A stretch of DNA of 64,000 nucleotides from Octopus sinensis (lineage: Eukaryota). Location of the stretch: assembly GCF_006345805.1 (NCBI RefSeq), contig NC_042997.1, positions 113,584,001-113,648,000 on the forward strand, in the 5' to 3' direction. A model generated the notes under the pieces. It was not told the origin of the DNA. It ran no database searches and saw only the letters and a program-made list of their open reading frames with translations. This document shows positions 12,399-23,902 of this stretch, in pieces (the stretch's first letter is position 1; every line of letters begins with the position of its first letter). The position numbers were made by a program, and so were the translations under genes.

Positions 12399-12618
12399 CT
12401 ATTTCTTTACTACTCACAAGGGGCTAAACACAGAGAGGACAGGCAAACGGATTAAGTCGATTATATCGACCCCAGTGCGCAACTGGTACTTATTTAATCG
12501 ACCCCGAAAGGATGAAAGGCAAAGTCGACCTCGGCGGAATTTGAACTCAGAACGTAGCGGCAGATGAAATACCGCTAAGCATTTCGCCCAGCGTTCTAAT
12601 GTTTCTGCCAGCTCATCA
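12399..12618 (-). mobile_element. SINE family A copy
   Basis: Same sequence as 3871-4286; TSD CAGTCATAA at 12389-12397 and 12619-12627. Confidence 0.85.
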
Positions 12619-13175
12619 CAGTCATAACCGAAGCCGTCAAGTGATGGTGGAATTCATCCAGTACATTGATTTGGAGGTGAGGGCCCTGTGAATATCTCCA
12701 AGGGCTACTCTTACAATTAAATAAATGATTACATAAATAAATAAAGTGACAGCCTGTTGAGATTTGAGAGGAAATTCCCTGGGGCCTGGAAGCTGCTGTG
12801 TTTCACTTTGTAGACTTCCTCTCTGGAGATCCTGACCATAAACACAGTAAAATGGGATTAGTTTAATGGAGTCAATTCTTCTTGTAATTTGAATGATAAA
12901 CCACCACCTCTCAGCTTGTCATCATAGAAACAATACTTGCAAGTTGGCCCACCTTCAATATTTACTCCACATTGAAGATGGATATTGATATAAAGATGTT
13001 ACTGTGGTTGTGTGGTTGAGAAGTTTGCTTCCTGACTACGTGGCCCTGAGTTCAGTTCCACTGCATTGCATCACAGGCAAGTGTCTTCTAAAATAGCTCT
13101 GGGCTAACCGAAACCGTGTTAGTGGATTTGATGGATGGAAATTGAATGAAGCCTACCGTATGTGTGTGACACCAG

Positions 13176-13538
13176 TGTAGAATCACCTCCCTCCGACAAG
13201 TCATCCTAACTAGACGTCTGCGTTGGCCGGATCATGCCCTCCATCGTCAACCAGGAGAATTCATCTACGAAGCAATTGCCCCAGCTCCCCTTCAGGGTTG
13301 GCGAAAGTGATGTGGCGGACCACCATAAACCTAGCTGGTGACGGTCAAGGCTGATCTGGAACCCAACCTAGGCCCCCATGTCTACGGCGTTCGCCGCTGG
13401 AATAGGAAGTGGTTGGAGATTACGCGGTCGTTAGCCTCAAATCACCATGCCTGGTCAGCATTTGTGAGAGATGCAGCATTGAGGATGAATGAAGCCAGCT
13501 CAACCCACCTCGGGTGAATGCAGTCTCAAGTCAAGTCA
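13176..13538 (+). pseudogene. 3' end of a degenerate RTE-type LINE ORF with (CAAGT)n tail
   Basis: Translates CRITSLRQVILTRRLRWPDHALHRQPGEFI...GWRK*CGGP...KADLEPNLGPHVYGVRRWNRKWLEI..., the RLRWxGH/GGxxxTW C-terminal region of RTE-type proteins, with in-frame stops; ends CTCAAGTCAAGTCA. Confidence 0.75.
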
Positions 13539-14332
13539 TGGGTGTGCAGTAGAGGAGTGTAGCAAGTGTTAGTGTGTGTTAGTGCCTCTTTATCTTGACA
13601 TCGAATGAGTTGTAAATGAGCTTCACTGTCCTACAAGCAGTCATTCGTTTTCAATATTCTGGCCCTGGGGAAATATTACCTTGCTTGGAAACAGGTGAAG
13701 GTTAGTGACAGGAAAGGCATCCAACTGTAGAAAAGAATCTGCTTCAACATACTCTGCCCAACCCATACAAGCATGGAAAGGTGGATATTAGAACAGTAGT
13801 GATGACAATGAAGAGAAATCATCATCATCATCATCATTTAAGGTCCATTTTCCATGCTGGCAGGAGTTGGACGGGTTGACTGGCAAGCCAGGTGGCCTCA
13901 CCAGGCTCCAGTCTGATCTGGCAAGGTTTGTACAGCCGGATGCCCTTCCTAATGCCAACCACTCCAAGAGTGTAGTGGGTGCTTTTTATGTGCCATTTGA
14001 TGAGAAGGAAGCTATCACAGTACAACAGGTATAGTAATAATTTTCAACCACAAAGGTTTGATGATAATGGTTTCAAATTTTAGCACAGGGCCAGCAAGTT
14101 CATGGTGGGGGTAAATCATTTATATTGACCCCAGTGCATGACTGTTACTTATTTTATCAACTCCAAAAGTATAAAATGCAAAGTCGACCTCTGTGGGATT
14201 TGAACTCAGAATGTAAAGATGGACAAAATGCCACTAAGCATTCTGCCTGGCATGCTAACAATGCTGCCAGTTTGCTGCCTGACGATTTGATGATATTAAT
14301 GGATTTCTATGTGTATGGCCATTCTATTTTAA

Positions 14333-14554
14333 CCCTTTCGTTACTGTATTTATTTAGAGATGTTCTGTGTTTCTTTCAATTACTTTTAAATATAACAAAG
14401 AATTTAGTAAAATAACTTAGTTATCATTCAACTAGTGTTAGGACCATAAATTGTGACTAAGGTTTGGTGGAAGATTTTAATTCAGAACTTATGAAAACAA
14501 GACATTTGTACTACAGAGCCAGAAGTGATTTCAGCCAGGTTGGTAAAGAAAGGG
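14333..14554. mobile_element. piggyBac-like MITE
   Basis: TTAA|CCCTTTCGTTAC ... GTAAAGAAAGGG|TTAA termini; family recurs at 14587, 30031, 31243 and 44478. Confidence 0.85.
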
Positions 14555-14586
14555 TTAAGAATTGTTTCTCTATTATATATTTTTAA

Positions 14587-14804
14587 CCCTTTTGTTACCA
14601 TATATCTGTTGAGATGCTGTGTTTCTTTCAATTACTTGAAATATAACAAAGAATTTAGTAAAATAACTCAGTTATTATTAAGCTAGTGTTGGAAACATAA
14701 ATTGTGACTGAGGTTTGGTGGAAGATTTTAATTCAAAACTTATGAAAACAAGACATTTGTACTCAGAGCTAGAGCTGGTTTCAGCCAGGTTGATAATGAA
14801 AAGG
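14587..14804. mobile_element. piggyBac-like MITE, second adjacent copy
   Basis: TTAA|CCCTTTTGTTAC ... ATAATGAAAAGG|TTAA; about 32 bp from the first copy. Confidence 0.8.
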
Positions 14805-17800
14805 TTAACTGGGAATCTTGGGCAAATTACAGCTAGAATCTGCCCATTCTTCTACATTTGGGCATTTGGATTTTAGCCGAATCACTATAGCGACAACGAG
14901 TATTTTTACTACTGTTTACTGACAGCATAACTGAACAATGGTGATGGATGAAATTGGAATATTTTGTGAGTAGGTGGGGAGGGAAAGGAAGTCCTATTAA
15001 ATAGGAAGTATAAAATGAGAAATAAAGTTTAGAAGATGAATATATCATTACCATGTATACAGACATGAATATACACACATACACACACTTGACTATATCA
15101 TTATCTACACTTACATATGGTGATATTAAGTGAACCTGAGTTGCTGCCAAGACTACCAACAGAAACCTAGCATAATGAGTGTGTGTGTGTGTTTATATAT
15201 GTATATATGTATGTGTGTGTGTTTATATATGTATGTGTGTGTGTGTCTTGATGCAGACATTTACATGCGTACACACACGCACACACGCATGCATGCAATC
15301 AAATGACTAACATACTATTAAATGTTATAAATAACTAATGGAAAATTTAAAAACAATTCAACAAACATGCCAAGTTGCATAATAGTTTTGTAGAGGAAGC
15401 AAGGTGATTGGTGAAGCTAAATTTATATTTTTTAACAAGTATCCTTGTCAGAAAATCTTTTTTAGTTTAGTCATTCTCACTGACCTGTGTGGCTTGAATT
15501 ACAGCCCCAGCAACAAGAAGCTCAATATTTCAATATTGGAATGTTTTAAATCTTACATTTTTGTTTGTCTCTTTACACAAATATGTTTATATTTCTTTAC
15601 TACCCACAAGGGGCTAAACACAGAGTGGACAAACAAGGACAGACAAAGGGATTAAGTCGATTACATCGAAACCCCCCCCCCCAGTGCGTAACTGGTACTT
15701 AATTTATCGAACCCGAAAGAATGAAAGGCAAAGTTGACCTTGGCGGAATTTGAACTTGGAATGTAATGACAGATGAAATACGGCTACACATTTCGCCCGG
15801 TGTAAACAGCGCTGTGTATCTATGATGTACAGACACCTTTGTCTCACGAGATAAATATTGATGTAAAGACGCAGGTGTGGCTGTATGGTTAAGAAGTTTG
15901 CTTCACAACCACATGGTTTTGGGTTCAATCCCAGTTAGAGGTACTTTGAGCAAGAGTCTTCTACTAGAGTTCTGGGCCAACGAAAGCCTTGTGAGTGGAT
16001 TTGCTAGATGGAAACTGAAAGAAACCTATTGTGTGTGTGTGTGTGTTTCCTTGTCTTGGCATTGTGATAGTCGTAAATGAGTGTCACTGTCCTACAAGCA
16101 GTGTCATTCATTTCCAATATTCTGCTTGTCTCGGCATGGGGAAAATATTATCTTGCTTAGAAATAGGTGAAGATTAGCAATGGGAAGGGCAAATCGCTGA
16201 AAAAAAATCCAGCCTCAACAAACTAATAAGAAAAAATACTTAACATAAAATCATTAACAAAAAATGTTTTATTAAACTGAAAAAACATTTTTTTTTGTTT
16301 TATGTTTGTTTTACCACCTCTCACCTTCTCCTCCATGAACCATTCTTTTTTTCTTTACATCCCCTGCCACCAAACTGAGACTTCCCATTGCTCATACCTT
16401 TATCCATATTCATTATTCACTTCTATCCTGATCTCTACTGTCTGCCTCTCTTTCATACTCTTACAAAACCTATCTACCCCCTCCAGCTATCCTCTATTCT
16501 CTGCCCTTGTTCTTTGTCCTTGTTTGACCTTCTTGTATCTTAGGGTGCACCTTGATATCTCATCTCCTCCATCCTTTCTCCTTTTCTAGCTGTGGTAGGC
16601 ATGTGTCTCAATGGTAAGGCACCACCATCCAAGAATTTGGACCTGGTGATCTCCATTTCCAGCGACTTCGAAGGCCACCTCCCAGTGGTGTCGGCATCAA
16701 CGAAGAGCCCTCGACTACAACAAGACAACCAAAGTTTTTTTTTCCCAAGGTCTGGGGTCTCCCGCTCCTAAGCCCTAGACCATCACCTAATCACCCTTAC
16801 CCGTCTTGTTGCTTAACAACAACAACAAAATGGTAAGGCACCCGTTCCTGTCTGTCTTTCATACTTCAGCCTCTCAACATCTGACTCAAAGCTTCCTCCC
16901 TCAATAGAACCCCCTCTCCACTCTCATGGTATCTGGTCATGCAAATTACTTTGTTACCTCATGAGTGCTGATGTCACAAACACATGCACCCAGTACACTC
17001 TGTAAAGTGGTTAGCATTGGGGCAGGCATCCTGTCAAAGAAACTTTGCCAAAACACACACTCACTGGAGACCAACATAATCTTCACGTTAGTCAGATCCT
17101 GTTGAAATGTCCAACCCATGCCAGCATGGAAGGCAGGTGTTATATGATGATAATGCTGATGATGATGAAACTGAGAAGAAATGAGTTTTAGCTAACATTT
17201 TAACAATATCATATTTCAAGATTTATTACCATATATTACACTCCAGGGAATATTTTTCTTTCTCACTGAAATGTAACATCCCCAGCTTGCAGTTAACTGT
17301 GATGAGATCTTTCTATTAACATTCGTTAATAAAGACACATGTTATTGCTGACAGCTAAATCATTTTTCCCATACATGTAATATATATCCTGCAAGAATTA
17401 TTGTACTTGTTAAGCTACTCAATAGCTATTTAAATATTATTCATAAAAGAATATTAACGATAGTTTTATGAAGTTTAATTTGTGTCAGCCAATGTCAGTT
17501 TAACCTCATGCGATTTCTCTATTTATTTACTCTCTATATTTTATTTTGCAAGAGCTAACTTTCTGCCTACTAAATCCTATGTCCTGTGAAAGAAATGAGA
17601 TTTTAATATAGTCTTACACCACAACTAACAGTTTCACCTTTTACCTAGTAATTTTACCCTTCATATTTTTGCATTAATATTTAGTTTTGCAGACAAGTTT
17701 AACCCTTTAGCATTTGGATAACTCTGTCAAATTTAATACCTATTAATTCCCATTGATCTTTCAGTATCTTGTAACTTTGAGATTTCTATGATATGACTGT

Positions 17801-18582
17801 GTACTTTTAGAATGACATTGTAGGGGCCAGATTTTGACATTTTGAACATAAAACAGGCAGAACATTTGAGCCAGATATCGCTGGTTTCAGTACAGATCAA
17901 ATGATGTAAATGGAACGTGGTGTAATCTAATCAAGGACAGTCCTACTAAATTCTTGTGATTTCAGACATTTGGCAATGAAGCATTTTGAAAATTTTGGAA
18001 CCAAGCTGCTATTAATCTAGTCATTAAATCTCTCTTTTTATTCTTTAGTCAATTTCACAGCCTTTTTTTCCTTTAACAAACTTCATAGTTTTCTTTTTTT
18101 TTTAACCTAGATCTTCGTCCTTCATTACTTCACAATTGCCATTTTAAGAAATGTTGTCTTTAAACATATCTCTTGTAGGGGGGGGGGGGTAAAGTTAAGT
18201 TCCTTTATTCATTTATTTAAACCAGCTATATCCAGCCAAAATATTCTTCCTGTTTAATGTTCAAATTGGCCTTGTCCACCTTGTCACACTTATCCTACAA
18301 TTTCACTCTAAAAATAATCACATAATCAGAATCTCAAAATTGCAAGATAATCCATGATTAATTCAAAGCAATGTAAATAAATGAGTAAGACATTTGACAG
18401 AATAATTTGAATGCTAAAGGGTTAAATCAGAAGCCAGTTAAGGGGTCGGTATTGATCTCTGGAGTTCTCTGGGGTTTTCCAAGAGATCAATAAACACCTG
18501 AAACAATTCTAACATTAAGGATACTGAATTATTAACGAACTGAATCTGGAAGAGTTTTGGTAATTTAAGGTTTAAACTCTCT

Positions 18583-18762
18583 ACAGTTCTATATTTAAGA
18601 GTTGAGGAATTATATACATTATTTACATTTGACAGATATTTGTCCTCATCTTGTTTGTGTTAACACAACGTTTTGGCTGATATACACTCCAGCCTTCATC
18701 AGGTGTCTTGGGGAAATTTCAAACCTGGGTTCTCATTCCTAAGGTATTTTTCGATGTTATTC
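18583..18762 (-). mobile_element. Hammerhead-bearing Penelope/retrozyme-like repeat; ribozyme core carries G12A
   Basis: Minus strand 18707-18662: GACAC-CUGAUGA-A-GGCUG..CAGCC-AAAAC-GUU-GUGUU. Same family at about 19970-20125 and 58338-58466. Confidence 0.75.
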
Positions 18763-18864
18763 AGTGACCTGAATAATAATAATAATTTTGATAATGTGTG
18801 TGTGTGTGTGTGTATATACATACATACATATATATATATATATTATATATATATATATATATAT

Positions 18865-19245
18865 AGGCGCAGGTATGGCTGTGTGGTAAGAAGCTTGCTT
18901 CCCAACCACATGGTTCCAGCTTCAGTTCCACTGCAGGACATCTTGGGCAAGTGTCTGCTACTATAGGCTTTGGATGGAGTTGATTTGGTAGATGGAAACT
19001 GTCATATATATATATATGTGTGAGTGTGTGTCTTTTTGTCTGTGTTTGTACCCCCACTATTGCTTGACAACCGATGTTGGTGTGTTTATGTCCCTGTAAC
19101 TTAGCGGTTCAGCAAAAGAGACTGATAGAATAAGTATTAGGCTTACAAAGAATAAATCTGGGATTGATTTCTCCGACTAAAAGCCTTTAAGGTGGTACTC
19201 CAGTATGGCTGCAGTCAAATGACTGAAACAAGTAAAATAATAAAA
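18865..19245 (+). mobile_element. tRNA-head SINE (family B)
   Basis: AGGCGCAGGTATGGCTGTGTGGTAAG...CTTCAGTTCCACTG head, internal (TG)n, tail CAGTCAAATGACTGAAACAAGTAAAA. Many further copies (e.g. 30330-30745 minus, 33960-34330 minus, 54728-55125, 61338-62150). Confidence 0.8.
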
Positions 19246-19421
19246 CAATATTAAATTTGAAATTTATAAGAAGTTTCTAGACAGAGTACACTTCAATAAT
19301 TGCTACAGCTATCTTTATTGGTCTGATAATTATTTCATTTGAGCACTTTCAACCTTTTTTCTATTCTGAATATCACAATCAGACAGTACTAGGAATGTTA
19401 TCCCAGACAAATAATGAAGAA

Positions 19422-19626
19422 TACCTGCTGATCATATATCTTTCTCAGCTATCTTACCTGTTAATGAAATGTGTTTCAGCTTCATACCTGTCAATCATAT
19501 ATGCCTCACCTGTCTCAACTACACTACCTGTCAATCCTATGTTGCAGCCAAACTACCTGTTCATCACATCTGTCTGACTTTCATTACCTGTCCATCATGA
19601 ATCTCTGTTACATTACCTGTTGCATT
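19422..19626. repeat. Degenerate ~30-bp-period array of a TACCTGT(C)AATCA-like motif
   Basis: Motif starts at 19422, 19455, 19485, 19507, 19525, 19554, 19585 and 19614, with unrelated spacers. Confidence 0.75.
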
Positions 19627-20007
19627 ATTAATCCTTTTTGTTACCATATTTTCATTGAAATACACTGCCCTTGTTTCAGTTAATTTTGGAAATAATGAAG
19701 AATTTTGGATGTTTGGAACATAAATCAACCTGAAGCATTAGTTCCAAATTTTGACACAAGGCCAGCAATTTCAGGAAGGGGGTAAACCGTTTATATCGAC
19801 ACCAGCACATGACTGGTACTTATTTTATCAATCTGAAAAGGATGAAAGGCAAAGTTGACCTCAATGGAATTTGAACCTAGAACATAAAGATGGACAAAAT
19901 ACCACTAAGCATGCTAATGATACTGTTTATTCACTGCCCTAAGGTTTGATAATGTTAATGGATTTATTAACAATGGACAGATAGGTGTTCTCATCTGGTT
20001 TGTTGTT

Positions 20008-20053
20008 ACCACAACGTTTCGGCTGATGTATTCTCCAGCCTTCATCAGGTGTT
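20008..20053 (-). ncRNA. Minimal type I hammerhead ribozyme motif, core intact
   Basis: Minus strand AACAC-CUGAUGA-A-GGCUG-GAGAAUACAU-CAGCC-GAAAC-GUU-GUGGU; stem II 5 bp; stem I 4 of 5 bp; loopless palindromic stem III ACGU. Confidence 0.7.
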
Positions 20054-20902
20054 CTGGTGAAATTTCAAACCCAACCCTTTATTTGACTAATGGGGTAATC
20101 TGTTCTCATTCCTAAGGTATTCTCTTTTTTTTTGCTGGTGTTATTTTGTTTAGCTTTGAGTCTCGACATCTCCACAGGAACGTTAGATGGTTTGAAAGAC
20201 GAGTTAGCTTCTGATAAAGTTTCTCTGTATGTCTCCATTGAAGTCTAATGTCAGCTCCGTGCCAATGTATTAATGGTATTAATGGATTTCCTTAGGGATT
20301 TCTATATGTGTGGCCATTCCAATTTTAACTAAGCAATGTGGGCAAACTACAGCTAAAGTCTGAAGGGCTAACAATTTCAGAAGAGGGGGTTAAGTTGATT
20401 ACATCAATCCCAGTGTTCAGCTGGTGTTTTGTTTTTCAGCCATGAAAGGATGAAAGCCAGTCGACCTTGGCGGAATATAAATCAACATAAAATATTGAGG
20501 GAAGGTTTTAATTTAGATAAGATTTAAAATGAGATGTTTGTTTCACGGAACAGATGCGATCTCAGATTAGAATCAGAAGATCTAAAGATGTTTGCAGCTG
20601 AAACATATCTCTGCTATTATCATCAAAGCGAATAACATTTAGTTTATATCATAGCCTCCTTTTTATTCTCTAAATTCTTCCGTTCCTTTCTGCCTGTTCT
20701 CTGGTTTTGCTGGCAGCCAACAATAGTTGCGTGATAACACAGGTGTGTAGCTAATTTCTATATGGCTATAGAACTGACAGCGAGGTCAACCCATTGACAT
20801 GTTGATGGGTGTCAAAGGTCAAAAACCAACATTTCTTTGCTTATTAACGGCACTGACTTTGTCGACTTAAACAGATGTTGCTGTTCAGAGGTGTATAAAA
20901 TT

Positions 20903-21150
20903 TCATCCCTTCACTCTCATCAGCATCATCATCATCATCATAAATAACATCATAACCATTACTATCACAAAGAATCTCATCATCATCATCATCACCACCA
21001 TCATAAACATTATCATCACAAGTATCATCATCACCATTGTAAACATCATTATCATCACTATCATAAACATCAACAACATCATCATCATTATTATCAACAA
21101 AAGCAACATCATCTTCACCAACACAAACATCATCATTATTGTCATCCTCG
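20903..21150. repeat. Degenerate (CAT)n low-complexity tract
   Basis: Direct reading; source of the Met-rich ORF 20903..21241. Confidence 0.9.
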
Positions 21151-21412
21151 TATTAGCTTCCACTTTTCCATGCTCACATGAGTCAGACAGAACTTGTTCA
21201 GACAGATATTTTCTACAAGTGGACGCACTTGTTGTCACCAACCTTTAGCTGTTTTCAAATCAGGTAATTTTTCCTTTTAGCCAGACACATTTTTCATGAA
21301 ATACTAGAAACAAACAACATTGATTGTATGACAGTGATATTAGTTCACTAACAACCATCACACTATGTGATGAGACAAAGCCGCACACGAGCATGTGCAC
21401 TCTATAAATATG

Positions 21413-21543
21413 GAGGCAAAGTGGCTGAGTTCCTTTTGAGCATTGGTCCTCATAGAGGCAAAGTGGCTGAGTTCCTTTTGAGCATTGGTCCTCATAGAGG
21501 CAAAGTGGCTGAGTTCCTTTCGAGTGTTGGGCCTCATAGAGGC
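21413..21543 (+). repeat. 42-bp tandem repeat, three copies
   Basis: GAGGCAAAGTGGCTGAGTTCCTTTTGAGCATTGGTCCTCATA unit, running directly into an RTE 3'-end remnant (GAGGCAATGACCGAGAC...CTTGAGAAGACC). Confidence 0.9.
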
Positions 21544-21886
21544 AATGACCGAGACATTTGGCATTATGTCATGCTTGAGAAGACCCCTCAAGCTGAGCAA
21601 AATTGCAGTTGTGGCAGATACTGGTGTCACACAAATTGGCACCCATGCCAGTGGCATGTAAATGTACCCTGGCACCTGTGCCAGTGGAACGTAGAAGCAC
21701 CCATTACACTCTCAGAGTGGTTGGCATTAGGAAGGGCACCCAGCCATAGAAAACCATACCAAATAAGACTGGAGTCTGGTGCAGCCTTCCAGCTTACCAG
21801 CCCTGGTCAAACCATCCAACCCATGCCAGCATGGACAACACACATTAAATGATGATGATGATTATATATATATATATATATATATA

Positions 21887-22018
21887 GGAAAATGTGTTGC
21901 TGAAAATGCACTTAAATTTTAAAAACTCGTGAATGTTTAAAATACATATGTAAATAAATGTATTTTAAACATTCACGAGTTTTTGAAATTTAAGTGCATT
22001 TTCAGCAACACATTTTCC
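21887..22018. mobile_element. 132-bp hairpin (foldback MITE-like element) in TA context
   Basis: 61-bp arms with one mismatch, 10-nt loop ATGTAAATAA, flanked by TATA on both sides. Confidence 0.8.
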
Positions 22019-22402
22019 TATATATTTTTTTCCTGCGTGGAGTCACCACTCCCTCTTTTGCTATATATGTATGTATTTATGTATGTATATATGATGGCGA
22101 TCTTTCTGCTTCTGCTGACCTTCATTTCCAATATTCTCTGAAAACGTGTCCGACGATGAAGAAATATTTCCTTGTTTGGAAATGGATGAGGATTGGCCAT
22201 AGGGAGGGCATCCAACTGTAGAATCTCTACCTGAACCAATTCTGTCTGACTAATATATATATATAATATCATTTAATAAACACAATATATGTTTTTATGT
22301 GCTACTATTAGTTCCATGTGATGAGAGCATGCTGGGCAGCACATTCTTCAGGCACTGCCCACATAGAAGTAATAGTAGCACATAAAAACATATATTGTGT
22401 TT

Positions 22403-22970
22403 CATCATCATCATCATTGTTTAACATCCGCTTTCCATGCTGGCATGGGTCGAACAGTTTCACTGAGAACTGGTAAGCCAGAGAGCTGCATCAGGTTCCA
22501 ATCTGATCTGGCAAGCTTTCTACAGCTGGATGCCCTTCATAATGCCAACCACTCTGAGAGTGTAGTGGGTGCTTTTTATGTGCTGCCAATATGGGAGCCA
22601 GTCAGGCAGCACTAGCATCACCACACTTGAATGGTGCTTTTTACATGCCACCAGCACAGGTGCCAGTCAAGCGGAACTGGCATCGGCCACGACTATGATT
22701 TCACTAGACTCAACAGGTCTTCTCAAGCACAGTATAATACCCAATAATTGAAGGGTACTTTTAAACGGGTCGGTTATGCAACATCGGCATCAGCCACAGC
22801 TACAATCTCACTTTACTTGCCGGGTCTTCTCAAGCACAGCATATCTCCAAAGGTCGCTTGTCATTGCTTCTGTGAGGCCTAAAGTTTGAAGGTCGTGCTT
22901 CACCACCTCATCCCATGTCTTCCTGGGTCTACCTCTTCCACAGGTTCCCTCCACTGTTAGGGTGTGACAC
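22403..22970 (-). mobile_element. 5'-truncated RTE LINE (last codons plus 3'UTR)
   Basis: Minus strand encodes LTVEGTCGRGRPRKTWDEVVKHDLQTLGLTEAMT...YAVLEKTRQVK, matching the C-terminus of the ORF ending at 50636; (ATG)n tail at about 22403. Confidence 0.85.
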
Positions 22971-23571
22971 TTCTTATCTCTCACCAAATAGAGCACTTTT
23001 TTATTGATCTTACCATCATAGAGCGGTACACTATATATATAAAATATAAATTAGAGATAAAACCACTATTATGCAACTCAAACAGTTGTTTTTTTATATA
23101 TTATTTGTTATTTATGTTTTGGTTTATGTCTATCACTGTTTGAATTGCATAATAGTGGTTTTATCTCTAATTTATATTTTATATATTTATACTGTGAAAT
23201 TTGATTTAATACTAAATTGAATTTTTCCCTGTAAGTTTGGAGTTATACTCCCTAATATTCTTCATCATCATCATCGTCATCATCATCGTTTAGCATCTGC
23301 TTTCCATGCTAGCATGGGTTGGACGGTTCATCTGGGGTCTGGGAAGCCAGAAGGCTGCACCAGGCCCAGTCTGATCTGGTAATGTTTCTACAGCTGGATG
23401 CCTTTCCTAATGCCAACCACTCGTGAGTGTAGAGGGTGCTTTTTACATGCCACTGGCACAGGTGCCAGACGAGGCTGGCAAACGGCCCTGATTGGATGGT
23501 GCATTTTACGTGCCACCGGCACGGGAAAAGTGTTAACAGGTTCTGGTGAGGATTGAACTCACGACTTTCTG

Positions 23572-23617
23572 CGTGTATATATATATATATGTATATATAT
23601 ATGTATATATATATGTA

Positions 23618-23664
<47 letters not shown>

Positions 23665-23733
23665 GTATATATATGTATATGTATATATGTATATATATAT
23701 ATATATGTATATGTATATATGTATATGTATATG

Positions 23734-23765
<32 letters not shown>

Positions 23766-23837
23766 TGTATGTATATGTATATATGTATATGTATATGTAT
23801 ATATATATGTATATGTGTATATATGTATATATATATA

Positions 23838-23894
<57 letters not shown>

Positions 23895-23902
23895 ATGTAT
23901 GA
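23572..23902. repeat. Long (TA)n/(TATG)n microsatellite
   Basis: Direct reading; source of the Y/I/M ORFs. Confidence 0.95.

Noticed and set aside
21367-21852. 161-aa ORF with GKVAEFLLSIGPHR repeats
   Set aside because: Arises from the 42-bp tandem repeat plus retroposon sequence.
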